Below the pieces are notes generated by a model that was given only the letters and a program-made list of their open reading frames with translations, did no database searches and had not been told where the DNA came from. From Octopus vulgaris (lineage: Eukaryota), in the NCBI GenBank assembly GCA_951406725.2, contig OX597816.1, positions 26,226,001 to 26,290,000 on the forward strand: a stretch of 64,000 nt of DNA, in the 5' to 3' direction. The position numbers were made by a program, and so were the translations under genes. This document shows positions 27,803 through 43,379 of this stretch, piece after piece (position 1 is the first letter of the stretch; each line of letters starts with the position of its first letter).

Positions 27803-28230
27803 CAGAGAATGGCTGTGTGATAAGTAGCATGCTTACCAATCACAAGGCTCCGGGTTCAGTCCCACTGCGTGGCACCTTGGGCAAGTGTCTTCTATTATAG
27901 CCTCAGGCCGACCAAAGTCTTGTGAGTGGATTTGATAGACGGAAACTGAAAGAAGCCCATCGTATATATGGATATGTATATATATATGCATGTGTTTGTG
28001 TTTGTGTGTCTGTGTGTTTGTGTTTGCCCCCAACATCGCTTAACAACCGATGCTGGTGTGCTTACGTCCCTGTAACTTAGCGGTTCGGCAAGAAAGACCG
28101 ATAGAATAAGTTCGAGTACTAGGCTTACAAAGAATAAGTCCTGGGGTCAATTTCCTCGACTAAAGGTGGTGCTCCAGCATAGCCACAGTAAAATGACTGA
28201 AACAAGTAAAAGAGTAAAAGAGCAAAAGAG
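27803..28230 (+). mobile_element. Family D SINE
   Basis: Full head-core-microsatellite-tail structure with (agtaaaag)n-like tail. Confidence 0.88.
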
Positions 28231-28432
28231 AGAACTATGGAACAGGCTAGGAACAAATACACGAGAGAATGAAGCTCACTCTGTAGAACATGTTAGATAT
28301 AGACCCCCACTACCCTAAGAACAACGCCTTATTTGTGCGTTAGGTAGGACGTGGACCATTTCATGCCATTTCCAACACCCGAATCCCTCGGATTAACAAA
28401 TTTTTGGTATTTAATACAAGCCAGACGGAGTT

Positions 28433-28741
28433 GTGGAGGCACATGGCCTAGTGGTTAGAGCAGCGGACTTGCGGTCGAGGGATCGCGGGTTTGAATCTCA
28501 GACCGGGAGATGTATGTGTTTATGAGCGAAACACCTAATCTCCACGCGGCTCCGGCAGAAAGTAATGACGAACTTCTACTGACTCTTTCGCCACAACTTT
28601 CTCTCACTCCTTCCTCCTGCATCTTGCAGCTTAACTGCGACGGACCGGCGTCCCATCCAGGTGGGGAACCTATACGCCAAGGAAACTGGGAAACCGGCTC
28701 TTATGAACCGGGCATGGCTTGAGAAGGAACAAACAAACAAA
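28433..28741 (+). mobile_element. Family A tRNA-derived SINE with target-site duplication
   Basis: A/B boxes, (caaa)n tail, flanking direct repeat cagacggag(t/c)tgtg. Confidence 0.9.
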
Positions 28742-29493
28742 CAGACGGAGCTGTGAATCTGATCGCAACAATGAGTTGCACTGATAAAGCCCAGCTGCTA
28801 GACATACAACATTGTGGGGGTGAATAACCTTGAGTGCTATTCGTGCTTTATATATTGTTTGAAGTTTATATTATACATTATATATATAATTGCGTGTTTT
28901 ACTATAGACTTTTAATTAGTTATTCTATGTGAATATTTGCATGCTTTCTTTGAATTTGTATACTTGTCTCCACATCGCATTTGGTATGCATCAATAAATT
29001 GCATGCATTTGCGATTAGTGGTTAAATAGTTAGAATATTACTGTTTCGTTATCGGCGTTAGAGGCTCCGGAATAACTGTGGATTTTGATCACAGTTCGCA
29101 TCCTACTAGAGTCAACTTAATATTCCATTCCATCCTTGTTGGTAAAACGAAATACTGGACTCAATTGTAACGATTAACACCCGCTCCCAAATTTCAGACT
29201 TTTTGTTTATATTAGGAATTGTTAATTTTGCAATCGTTTTTTTTTTTTTTGGGGGGGGGGGGTTCTGCAGAAAATATTAGTTTCAAATTTTGCTCAATGC
29301 CAGCATTTTCATGGAAGAAGGTAAGTTGATTAAATTAACCAGTACACAGCCGTTACTTATTCTATTAACCGGGAAAGAATTTGAACTCAGGAAGTAAAAA
29401 CGAATGAAATGGTCCTCAAGATCTTGTTCAACGTGCTAAAGAATCTGCCGGCACACCACCATAGTTTTATGTACGATATTAAATGCTCATAAC

Positions 29494-29890
29494 GCGGCGA
29501 GCTGGCAGAAGCGTTAGCACGCCGGGCGAAATGCGTAGCTGTATTTCGTCTGCCGTTACGTTCTGAGTTCAAATTCTGACGATGTCGAATTTGCCTTTCA
29601 ATCTTTCAGGATCGATAAATTAAGTACCAGTTACGCACTGGGGTCGATATAATCGACTTAATTCGTGTGTCTGTTCTTGTTTATCCGCTCTGTGTTTATC
29701 CTCTTGTGGGTAGTAAAGAAATAGGTATTTCATCTGTCTTTATGTTCTAAGTTCAAACTCCGCCGAGGTCGACTTTGCCTTTCATCCTTTCGGGGTCGAT
29801 AAATTAAGTACCAGTTACGTACTGGAGTCGATCTAATCGACTGGCCCACTTCCCAAAAGTTTCAGGCATTGAGCTTAGTGTAGAAAAGGA
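29494..29890 (+). mobile_element. Family C SINE (dimeric core)
   Basis: Same head, core and tail as the other copies. Confidence 0.85.
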
Positions 29891-30277
29891 TATTAAATGC
29901 TCATTTAACCAGCAGATATGATATTCTAGGAGTTTGATGACAAATTACCTTAAATCTCAAAAATGTTTCTTAGAACTCTTGATAGAATACATAATAAAAC
30001 TAATCTGCAAGTCTATACCGGGGGTTTCACTTTCAATTATTTCAGGAATAATTGTCAGTTCTTGTCTTCCAATCATTTTATTGGAGTAGCTAAGTCGATT
30101 GTACTTTTAATGAACCGCTAAGTTCCGGGGACGAAAACAAACCAACAAATCTACACCAATTGTTGAGCGGAAGCGGAGCTGACAAATACAGAGGCATACA
30201 CACGCACACATACGTACACTCACACACATATACACACAGACATACCCACCCCTATATCTATCTATCTAACTAACTAA

Positions 30278-30329
<52 letters not shown>

Positions 30330-30338
<9 letters not shown>

Positions 30339-30710
30339 CGCCGAACATCCATAGAGTCTCCGTCTACGAAAATCATTAAGAATGGCATTGGCCAGAATTG
30401 GGCTTGTAGAAGGCACTTATCTAAGATGCAACGCGGTGATTCTGAACTCAAGACCATGGAATTGTAAAGCAAGTTTCTTAACCACACGGCCATGCGTCCG
30501 TCTATGTACTCTTTTATTCTTTTACTTGTTACTGTGGCCATGCTGGAGCACCGCTTTTAGTCGAGTAAATCAACCCCAGGATTTATTCTTTGTAAACCTA
30601 GTACTTACTCTATCGGTCTCTTTTGCCGAAAGGCTAAGTTACGGGGATGTAAACACACCAGCATCGGTTGTCAAGCGATTTTCGGGGGCAAACTCAAACA
30701 CAGACACATG

Positions 30711-30795
<85 letters not shown>

Positions 30796-30950
30796 GACGG
30801 GATTCTTTCAATTTCCCTCTGCCAAATCCACACACAAGGCTTTGGTCGGCCCGAGGCTATAGTAGAAGACAGTTGCCCAAGGTTCCACGCAGTGGGACTA
30901 AACCCGGAACCATGTGGCTGGTAAGCAAGCTACTTAACCACACAGCCATG
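30330..30950 (-). mobile_element. Two family D SINE copies (a diverged 5' half at 30330-30495 and a full copy at 30520-30950)
   Basis: Reverse-complement matches to family D. Confidence 0.8.
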
Positions 30951-31039
30951 CAAACTATTTTATCAGATGTTCGCTCAAGAAACGGCTAACTAAATCTTCC
31001 ATCCTTGACTTCCATAACAGTGAGTTTTCGTCTAAGGAG

Positions 31040-31350
31040 TCATCATCATCATCATCATCATCATCGTCGTCATCGTCATCATCATCATCGTCGTCGTCAT
31101 CATCATTATCATCACTGTAATCACCATCATCATCACCATCGCCATCATCATTACCATCACCATCGTCATCATCATCTTCATCTTCATCATCATCATCATC
31201 ATCGTCGTCATCGTCATCATCATCATCGTCGTCGTCATCATCATTATCATCACTGTAATCACCATCATCATCACCATCGCCATCATCATTACCATCACCA
31301 TCGTCATCATCATCTTCATCTTCATCATCATCATCATCATCATCGTCGTC
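31040..31350. repeat. (CAT)n-derived tract with a duplicated ~125-bp higher-order unit
   Basis: The interruption pattern (cgtcgt, cactgtaat, cttcatctt) occurs twice in the same order. Confidence 0.9.
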
Positions 31351-31955
31351 ACTACTTATGGCAGTGTTTTCACCTATTATGGGCCTGTGGCAAATAAAAA
31401 AATTAACATGTCATCATTACCATCATCCTCCTCCTCATCCTCATCATCATAATCATAATCATCATCATCAGCAGCATGATGTCATCATTGAAACTAGTTT
31501 TGTGCCAAGTCAAAAACAATCATTAAATATTAATGGCGTTGTTGTTTTCGTCGACTTCGTCGCCGCCACCGCCACCGCCGTCATCATCATCATTGTGTTT
31601 GTTTGTATGGGCTTTGTGTCTGACTATAGCCGTGAAATCATGTGTGTTAACTCAGTGCAGTGTACACTCTGACTCTGACCGAAATAAATAAATGAAGATA
31701 TATATATATATGAATATGCATGTATGTATGTATGTATGTATGTATGTATGTACGTATGTATGAATGTGTGTATGTATGAATGTACGTATGTATGTATGTA
31801 TGTATGTATGCATGTACGTATGTATGTATGTATGTATTTATGTATATGTATATGTATGTATATTACATTATATATATATATATATCATTATGTACGTACA
31901 TGTATATATATATATATGTATATATATCTATATCATTATATACATACATAGATAC

Positions 31956-31991
<36 letters not shown>

Positions 31992-32038
31992 TTTATATAT
32001 ATGTATATGTATATATAAAATTGTATGTGTGTCTGTAC

Positions 32039-32074
<36 letters not shown>

Positions 32075-33228
32075 CTATGTATGTATGTGTGTGTGTGTGT
32101 GTCTATGTATGTATTCACTTACATAATTTAGTGCAGCCTAAAGTCTGACTGAAATAAGTGTGTGTGTATGTATTTATGTATGTGCACACAAACACACACA
32201 CACAATATATATATATATATAATAAACGTGTACATAAGTGCACACACCCACACGCACACACACACACACACTCACAAACACATACATATGTATATAACTA
32301 ACTGAATAAATAAATACATAAGAACTTAAATTGAAATAAACAGCTTGTCTTAGGACAAAAATAGCGAAAGAAAACGAGCAAAAGCGGAAAAGCTATCAGA
32401 TATAATATGATTCATGTTGTTGAAAACACTTCAGTTATGAGCCACTGAAGGAGATTCTGGCTGCTTGATTCGCTAGAAATAACAGTCAACACTCCAACAA
32501 ATCACTTCTTTAGTTTTTGCCTTGTCCCCGTTTAAGTCATTGGTCTTCGGCCATGCTGAGGCACCGATTTGAAGGGTAGAGTGGAACAAATTAACTGCAA
32601 TATTTCCTTTTTGTTTTAAATTCTTGTACGATTACTATAGATGTCTTTTGACAAACCGCCAAGTTAAAGAACTTGAAGAAGCTAGCACCATTTGCCAAGC
32701 AGCTGGACAAATACAAAGACACACATACATAAGCACATCTCACACTCTCTCTCTCTCCCTCTCTCTCACACTATATATATATAAAAGAATGTGTCGTCAC
32801 ACCAGTTGATTCTGTCTCCTCTCATCACCCACGAACTTCTACAGATTCTACACTTAGCCACTACGCATTCTTTATTCTCTCTCTTTGCTTCTTTCTGTGT
32901 TCCTTTCTGTGGAAGAGCGTAGGCTCGAAACGTTAAAGGCTTTTTCACTTCCCGAGCTTTATAGTAATATATGTTTGTTGTCTCCACCACCTTGAGAGAT
33001 TTAAGTCGAACTAATCGCCCCCAGTACTTGATTTCTCTTTTACTCTAGTGCGTCTACTTATTTATCGGGAGCTTTTGCCGAACTGCTAAATTACGGTGAC
33101 GTAAAAACAGCAAAAATCTGTGGAGGAGAACATACAGGGACAAAGATACGTCCACGCATATACATATACACACACACACATATATATATATATATGAATA
33201 TATATAGAGAGAGAGTGGGGAGAGAGGC

Positions 33229-33270
<42 letters not shown>

Positions 33271-33276
<6 letters not shown>

Positions 33277-33692
33277 AAAAGAAGAAAATGGAGAAATTGG
33301 CATGTCAATTTCTCCATTTAAAAATATTGAAATACATTTATTGAAATTCCAACCCTACATCTGTTTCTATATCCAACAAGTTCAATTGCAGAAATTAAAT
33401 TACATTGAATTAAATTAAATTAATTTAAATTTTCATCTTGAAACCGGATAATTTGGCATTTCATCAGAGAAGACTTTTCCAAAAGAGAGTTACATTTCAT
33501 CGTGTTGGTTGACCTACGACTGACTCGGTTTGAACCTGAAAATTTGAAGTAAATTAATTGAATTTAATTTCTGTAATTGAACTAATTGGATATGGAAACA
33601 GTTGCAGAACTGGAATTTCATTATATGGATTTGAATATTTCTAAATAAACTGATGTCTGCGTGCCAGTTTCTCCAATTTCTTCTTTTTCTCA
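33271..33692. repeat. Diverged fold-back element between (TA)n tracts
   Basis: tgagaaaaagaagaaaatggagaaattggca mirrored by tgccagtttctccaatttcttctttttctca. Inner arms ttcaattgcagaaattaaatt / aatttaatttctgtaattgaa. Confidence 0.75.
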
Positions 33693-33764
33693 TTCATAAA
33701 TATTTTATATATCTATATAAACCGGAGAACTAGCATGCTCTAAAGGATTATAGGTCCTTGATAC

Positions 33765-33826
<62 letters not shown>

Positions 33827-34013
33827 GACGCGCCTTTTTCAGTTTCCGTCTACCAAATTCACTCACAAGGAATTGGTCGGTCAGAGGCCATAGTAGAAAC
33901 CACTTGCCCAATGAGCCACGGAATGCCATGGAACAGAACCCGAGACTATGAGGTTGGGAAGCAAACACCGAACCATGCAGACAGATATGTATGTATATGT
34001 ATGTGTGTGTATG

Positions 34014-34084
<71 letters not shown>

Positions 34085-34156
34085 TTGTGAAACCAGGCGA
34101 CCACAACATGCGAATCGAAACTCTGTATATGTAGTGAAGTATCTTATTTAAATGAG

Positions 34157-34261
34157 ACACCTGATGAGACACAGCCTGCATCAACGCATGCAGCACAACC
34201 AACTATACAATATATCGTCCGTAAGGGACAGATGCAGGAATAGTCGAAACGATCGTAGTGT
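34157..34261 (+). ncRNA. Type I hammerhead ribozyme, canonical core
   Basis: Stem I acac/gtgt; CTGATGA; stem II gac/gtc extended by ctgcatc/gatgcag; GAAAC-gatc-GTA. Predicted cleavage after 34257; AATAAA follows at 34265. Confidence 0.8.
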
Positions 34262-34557
34262 TGAATAAAGATTCTTACTAAACCCATTTTCCGTGTCCCC
34301 CACTCATTATATATATATATATATAGATATACATATCTACGACAGGCTTCTACACAACTTCCGTTTACCAAATTAACTCACATCGCATTGATCAAACAGG
34401 GCTATTGTAAAAGACACTTGCTTAAAGTGCCGCGCGATAGGACTGACCCCGAAACAACATTGTTTCAAAGCGATCTTCTTATCCACATAACCATACCTGC
34501 ACCTACATATCTTTACCTAAAAAAGCTACTATCGAAAAATATGGTCCTAGATAATAG

Positions 34558-34677
34558 GCGCAGGCGAGGCTGTGTGCTAAGAAGCTTGCTTCCCAACCAC
34601 ATAGTTCTGGATTCAGTCTGTTATAACTTCAGACCGACCAAAGCCTTGTGTAGACGGAAACTGAAAGAAGCCCATCG

Positions 34678-34771
<94 letters not shown>

Positions 34772-34990
34772 TGTGTGTTGTTGTGTGTGTGTTTGTTCAC
34801 CCTCCACCATCGCTTGACAACTGATGTAGGTTTGTTTGCGTATCCCGTAAATTAGCGGTTCAGCAAAAGAGTCTGATAAAATAAGTACTAGGCTTACAAA
34901 GAATAAGTCCTGGGTGTCGACGTTTTCGATTAAATCTGGTGCTCCATCATGGCCGCAGTCAAATGATTGTAACAAGTAAAAGAATAAAAG
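34558..34990 (+). mobile_element. Family D SINE (partial minus-strand copies also at ~33825-33980 and ~34340-34500)
   Basis: Head, microsatellite and tail match family D. Confidence 0.82.
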
Positions 34991-35591
34991 AATATGGTCC
35001 TAAAAAAAGGCAAGATAGAATGGTTATGGTAAGAAGTTTTTCTACTATTCTTGTTTTTTTATATATTTCGTTTTAAGACTATTGAAAAAGTCGCAAAACG
35101 CAACGAAAATTTTAAGAAAATAAAAATAAGAAATAAGTGGAAACTTTACCGGTGAGTGTGTTAAATTATAAGGCACAAAAAGAAAATGACTCTCTCCAGA
35201 CTTGTTTTTTTTAGTATTTTAGAATTTAGCCATGATTGAAGAAACAGTGACCGTGTCATTTGCATGCACTTTGGAAGTCTGAAAGCCAAGGTGAGCAGGA
35301 AATAGGGCGTAGGAGGGAGGAATTGATCCAAATGCTTGAAATAAAGATGCTAAACTACATCTATTTTATCCAACCTAACTGGTATTGTTTTTACTGTTTT
35401 TTGGAAACAAATGAAAATTAGCAGAGTATGATTTGGGATAGATTTAGTTACTATTTCTAGGAATATCCTGCGACCATCTAGAGCTTCCTTCGTTGGTTCG
35501 TTATTTTTTATTTATTATTTGTTTAAAATTGAAGTATATTTTAGTTATGCGGTAAAGTGTTGACTCTAACATCTACTGCGAGTACATTACA

Positions 35592-36008
35592 GCGTAGGAG
35601 TGGCTGTGTGGTAAGTAGCTTGCTTACCAACCACATGGTTCCGGGTTCAGTCCCACTGCGTGGCACCTTGGGCAAGTGTCTTCTACTATAGCCTCGGGCC
35701 GATCAAAGCCTTGTGAGTGGATTTGGTTGACGGAAACTGAAAGAAGCCCGTCGTATATATGTATATATATATGTATGTGTGTGTATATGTTTGTGTGCCT
35801 GGCTTTGCCCCCCCCCCCTCCACATCGCTTGATGACCGATGCTGGTGTGTTACATCCCCGTAACTTAGTGGTTCATCAAAATAGACCGATAGAATAAGTA
35901 CTAGGCTTACAAAGAATAAGTCCTAGGGTTGATTTTCTCGACTAAAGGCGGTGCTCCAGCATGGCCACAGTCAAATGACTGAAACAAATAAAAGAGTAAA
36001 AGAGTAGA
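35592..36008 (+). mobile_element. Family D SINE
   Basis: Near-consensus full-length copy. Confidence 0.9.
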
Positions 36009-37589
36009 GTACAGCATTAAAGTTCTAGAATTTGCCAGACAATTTCAGAAAGTGCATTCATACACCATTAATTTACCCCAAAATAGATTATCCCAGAATT
36101 AAGTGTCTAACTCTCATGTACTTTCTCTTCAATCTTTTGTGATTCTAGTGAAAAACTAAAATATCATTTAAGAAAAATTTACACATAATTTGATGATCGT
36201 CAGTATGAATTCCAAATTATATTTCTTCTTTGGTTCAGTTGTTGTTCTTGCTGTTACTGTCATGGTAATAAAAGCATTGCTGGAGCCGACATGCGATTAA
36301 GTGTAGTTGTTGTTTTAAGACAGAATGTTTTTTGTGGCTTTATTTTTCTTGAGTCAGCCCGAGGACTCATAAGGCTGATCACCCGGTGTCCATGGTAAGC
36401 GGGATCACATCTTGAACCAGATGCCAGTCCGTTGTTGAGTTCAAAGTCAACTATCTTGAAGAGAGGAGACAAGTCCATTATATTAACCACAGTACGTCAC
36501 TGGTACTTTATTTTATATATAGCGAATGGATAAAAGATAAAGTTGATCTCGGCGATATTTGAACTCAGAACCTTAAGATCCGGAAGAAATGGTCGCTTAG
36601 CAATTTTTCCGATTTTGTTGCGGTTCTGCTAGCTCACCGCCTCCTGCTAGCTCACCGCCTTATAATGCATTTAAGATGACACAGGACAGCCGGGTGTAAT
36701 TTCAGCTGTCGTCTTGAGTTAGTTGAATTATGGCACTGGAGGTTCCCATATCGTCTCAGAAGAAATAAACTATTTTCTATAAAAGTCATTTAGTCGGATG
36801 TTTCTCACCAAACATCAGAAGGAAACCGTCTTCATAAAAAAATTAAGAAAAAAAAAGAATTTTCATAACAAATAGTCTACATTTCCTTTTATAGAAAACG
36901 CACACACACCCATTATAATTCAAATTCTAAGAATTTACATTTACATCCACACACGCACACACTGATATACAGACTGCATACAAATATATATACACATGAT
37001 GCTTTCTGCATTTGTGGGTGTATATAAACATAATATGCTAGTGTATTTAGATCTGTTTGATGGATTACAGATTCCACATTGAAGACACAAGATGAAAAAC
37101 TGAATGAGGTCATTGGAGAAAGGGTTAAACGTTGTAGTGAAAATACATAACCACGAAAAATTAACCGAAAACACAAAAAATACAATGAATTATCAAAGGA
37201 ACACACACACACACAAAATGAAAGAAAAGCAACTGTTAAGTAATCACACAAGTATGTGTGCATTTATGTTTGTGTCCACGAGCGTATGAGTATGTAAGTG
37301 GTTTGTATGAGTGTATACATAAGTGTGAATGTAACTCTCTGCTTGTCTGCGTGTGTTTACGATGTGTATTCCAGTTAGTTTGTATTAACGTGCCATTGTT
37401 AGCGGAAGACATACACGTCTATCATCTGTTTATAGTTGAATGTGTTTTAGTTAACCGGGGAAGTGGTGACTCTTAAGTCACCAACATCCACTTCGGTTAC
37501 ATTAGAGCATCTGTGTGATAACGTCAGAGCAGCAGCCTAGTCCTAGATTTTGTCAGACAGTTTCAGAAAGTGTATTCACGCGCCATTAC

Positions 37590-38775
<1,186 letters not shown>

Positions 38776-39444
38776 ATATTTCGGAATATATTGCCAGTTT
38801 AGCCAATAAAAACACACGCACTATATATTTGGTGTTATTTTGCTTCAGTGATATTTATTTTTTACATTAATCTTAATCTTATTTCGGCCAAAGTTCTTTC
38901 GTCACACTCCTGTGACCGCATCAGTGGTCCTTTGTTTTCTTCTCACTTACTTGTGTCTCTCCTTACTAACCGTCAGCCATTTTGTATTTCTATTGTATGT
39001 CTTCATTTGCGCATGCTTATATCTCTATGTGCGTCTATGTTTATTTAGTGTGTGGGGGGGGGATTTCTGTAATATTTGTATCTTCTGGTTATATACATTC
39101 TTGTAATTTGTATTTTGTTTTTGTTGTTGTTGCTTTTGTTCTAATTTTGTTCATGTGTTTACATCCACCCATTATTATCATTACATATGCTTGTATGTAT
39201 GTATAACAACAATATTAGTAATAATAATAATAAATCTAATCGAGAAAAAAAAAAAAAAAAAGTATATACATATACATATATATATATATACATACACATA
39301 CATATACATATATATATATACATATATACACACATATATACACATATACATATACACATATATACACATATACATACACATAGATATTCATTTCTATTTC
39401 TTTAATTACCTGTGTATTTATTATGTTTGCAGGATCCACTATTG

Positions 39445-42400
39445 TCATATGTTGTGGTGTGCGCTATTGCTCCATTCTAGTTTTCTATTCAGGCTAGGTT
39501 TATTTTCTATTATATGTGTAGCTTCTGTAATTTGTCTAATTGTTGCATCTGTTCTATGTGTGGACAATATCTTAATCTCTATGTTATTGATTGATCCCCC
39601 GTGTTCTTGTTCGGCGTGTTGGTACAGAATCGATGAGCTTTTACCTTCCTTGAGTTGTCTCCAATGTTCATTCACCCGCTCACCAATGCTTCTTGCAGTT
39701 TCCCCTACGTATGTTACTGTCTTGTTACTGCATCGTCCCTCTATACATCTTATACTATAGACCACATTTCTGGCTTTACAGTTCGTTTGTTTGTGGGCTA
39801 AATCTACATACAGTGCAATAGTTATCCGTACAGAGAGTTCTACTAAAAGGATAGGTTCTACCAATTATAGATCTGATAGGGTTGCCTGGCTTTTCAACAA
39901 CCTTAATTCTTAGTTTAAGTTTATCTAGGGTCCTTCTAAAGCGGTACGCTAGTTCACCTCCAGGGGTGGTGTCAACGAACATGACACTCTGGTATTTATG
40001 GCTATCATACCAAGAGTTGGCCTTCCTTATTTTCTTTTTTGTCCTTTCTATAGTGTTCCATGACTTGTTCCTATAGAGTGGGCAAATCCCATTCCTATCA
40101 TTACATAATATATTATCAAATTTCTTCATGGCTCCTTTGTATACTCTGATCCTTTCTTTATGGCTGTAACCTGAGAACTGCATGCGGTGAATGAAATACT
40201 GTATGTGTCTCTTTAATTCTGTAGGCTCGCACATGCGTGACACATTTCTCATTATTCTGACGAGGTCTGCCATCAAAATATTGAATTTGGCATTGCCCGC
40301 AATGGCTGAGTTCCGGTGGATCAGGTATTTTGAGGCCATAGGTTTTGCATAGTATGAATGAAGGATTTGGGTTTTATTTTTCACAATTTCTAGCCAGAGT
40401 TCAGTGTCTAGTACTGGTAGTCTATGGTTGGGGTGTTTAGTGGGGTAGTCTATTGTGACCTTAATACTCTGGTGGATGGAGTTAGCTATTTGCTGGATGC
40501 TCTCCATAGTATTAGTTTCTATTACTATATCAACCGTACTCTCTTGTGGGGGTGCCTTTACTACTATATTGATATCATCAACATAGCGAGAGTACATGTT
40601 TACGAGTATGGATTTCTGCAGTAGGCATTCTTTAAGCCTTCTGTCCCACCATACCATGAAGAGGTTGGCCACATCACCAGCGATACTAACACCGATGGCT
40701 GCCCCCTCGTCCTGGGCATATATTTTATTATTAAATTTAAATGTGTGGCCTTTTAGGGTAACTCTTATACTAGCTCCTAGTGCATGTGCGATCATTTTCT
40801 TTACCTGATGGACATTTGCGGGCTCCGTATGGCTCTGGTCCATCCGCGCCATCTTTCTATATGTGTCTTCCTAGCCATAGAAGTAATTGTAGGCGGTCTA
40901 CCTCTTAAACATCTACTGGGGCAGAAACTACTAAGATTATGTTTATCTAAGTATTCACTATTATATGTCAGTCTAAGTAGGAGGCCCAGTTCTTCTGTGT
41001 CGACATTACAGAACTCCACCTAGCTCTCGTTGATCATCTCCACGCACTTCTCCACTGCAAAATCTACGTCAATCGATGGGTATAGGGATACCACATCCAT
41101 GCTACCTACTATACATCCTGTCAAGTCACAAGTTTTGTTACAGTCACTGATCCTGCTTAGGAGATCTTCTGTGCTGTCACATACATCAGGTGACATCCTG
41201 ATTATAGGGCGTATGATCATTGAGAGGAAGTAGGAGATTCTGTAATTGCTAGCGATATTCGCTCCACAGACTGGTCTTGTTGGTGGTCCTGCTATAGGGT
41301 CAGTAAAACCTTTATGGTCCTTGCGAAGTCCATACAGTGCCGGGATATCATTGTTCCAGGCTTGGAAATTCTTTGCAGTACGTTTCTGAGGTCCCAGAAC
41401 AATTGTCCACATCATCATGTGGGCATTGAGGACCTTTTCTCTCTCCTCATGCGCCTGTACAGTTGTTACTTTTGTATTGGCGATATGAGGTTGCATTGCC
41501 TGGATGTAGTTCGGTAAGCTGTCTATTGACATCCTGCCTGACTTATCCGTGGGAAGGCATATCACCTCTCCGTTCCTCGTGCGCTGAATGAGCTTCTGTA
41601 GGCCACATGCAGGTTTAATCCCTAGTTGTTGGGCATCTGTCTTATTCTGTCTCTGTCTCTTAATGTATAAACCTAAAATCTGTCTAAGTTTGGTCCTAGC
41701 TATAGTGAACTGTGCTTCCATGTGGTCATTAGTACGTCTTGGGATGTATACCCTTTTGTTGAAGGGTAATGTTGTTGGATAAATTCGGTTCATGCAGTAA
41801 GTTTTGTCGCATACGTTGAAGAATTGAGTGTCAAAGGGATGGGTATACATGTCAATGGTCTCTCTAGGGTTATCTTCATTATCGTTACTGTTTCCAACAT
41901 CAGCCTTCCTATTATTATTATCACCATTACCACTACTACTACTACTACTAGTATTCCTATTACCACCACAACTATCACTACTATCCTCATTACTACTTCT
42001 ACTGTTACCATCACCACTACTACTACCACTATTATTGTTATTACCTTTATTCCTACCATTGCCATTATTACTATCATCGCTAGTGATATATTCATTGTTC
42101 CTGTTTCTGGTGTATGTGTTGTTTATATTAGTGTTGGGTTTTATGTCTGTCTGTTGGTCCCTGTCAATCCCCTTGTTGCGGTCGTTATTTTTTTTTGTTC
42201 CTATGAATATTGTTATCTGTTTCAAGTCCGCTGACTCCCTGTCCAAGGATCCTGTTGCATTCAACTTTATTCTCCATCGTGACCCCTATGACACAACTTT
42301 TATTCGTGTTTTTGTGACTATGGCTATCTGTGTGTGTGTTTGTGTGTCGGTTCTCCCTATAATTGTTGTTGTTGTTGCTGTTGTATACGATTTTTCTCTC

Positions 42401-43379
42401 TCTGTTTGTGTTTTTGTTTTTGTATCTATTGTTTGTGTCTATGCATACATTTTTTCTATTGTTATTGTTGTTGTCGCTGTTAGGGTTCGTGTTGTTGTTG
42501 TTGTTGCCGCTGTTAGGGTTCGTGTTGCTTTTGTTGCTACGGTTGTTATTGTTGCGGTCATTATTGTTTGTGTTGTTGTTGCTGCGGTTAGTGTTTTTCG
42601 CGTTGTTGTTGTTGTCGCAAGTGTTGTTGTCATAGTATCTATTTAAATTCCAACGTATTTTTGTGAACGACTTTTCAATCTCGGACAGGCATTTGATGGT
42701 ATTCACTTTACTATACACTGCATACTTTGGTGGTAGTTGAAGTATCGATATTTCATCTGGGTCCGTTGTTACTCCCCCATAGATGTTCGCTTCATTGTCT
42801 TTATTGAACTCTTCTGGTAGTAGCACATCTTCCATAATAATTCCATTTATTGTATCTGGATACTTCTGCTTTTCTTCCTTTGCGAGCTCATATTGACGTT
42901 TCTGTTTCAACCACGATAACTTCCTCTTAAAATGGATATTGCATTGGTGTATTACATGTCTGTTTTCTTCATATATTATATCCATTATTAAGGTTTTCTC
43001 CTTTCGTGTGGTGATACTTTTAATTTCTTTTTAAAAATATACGTTTACGCTTCTCTTGTTCGCTCAGCTCTCTGTATATTCTATTTCTAATATTTACCAT
43101 TAGCGTCCTTTTTAGTCTTTCCGCTTGTCCGTTAGTGAGGTCAAGCCGTTTAACGTTGGCTGTGACCTTGTTGATACATATCCTGGACGAGACACATTGT
43201 TTTATAAAACGAAGCTGTTGCGTTGTCACAGTTTTCTTTAGGCAACAAAATATAGTGTTCTTCAGCATCTTGCAAGCCTGGCTGTGGCTCACGTTAGTAC
43301 GTTTAAATATTTGTTGTGCAAGATTTTTTATGTGAAGTCGTGTGTTGAAACAGATATTGTTATATTTCGGAATGGTCAT
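39445..43379 (-). pseudogene. PLE RT + GIY-YIG ORF, left copy (4 frameshifts and 1 nonsense codon as assembled)
   Basis: ORF pieces 43020-43379, 42185-42985, 41020-42264, 40801-41019, 39776-40852 and 39445-39864 are collinear with the right copy. Confidence 0.92.

Noticed and set aside
31005-31397. Histidine-rich protein (also 60012-61157)
   Set aside because: Pure (CAT)n-derived repeat, open in several frames, with no splice or flanking coding context.
41824-42646. Hydrophobic 272-aa ORFs antisense to the PLE (also 45921-46739)
   Set aside because: Shadow frames of the Asn-rich low-complexity segment.
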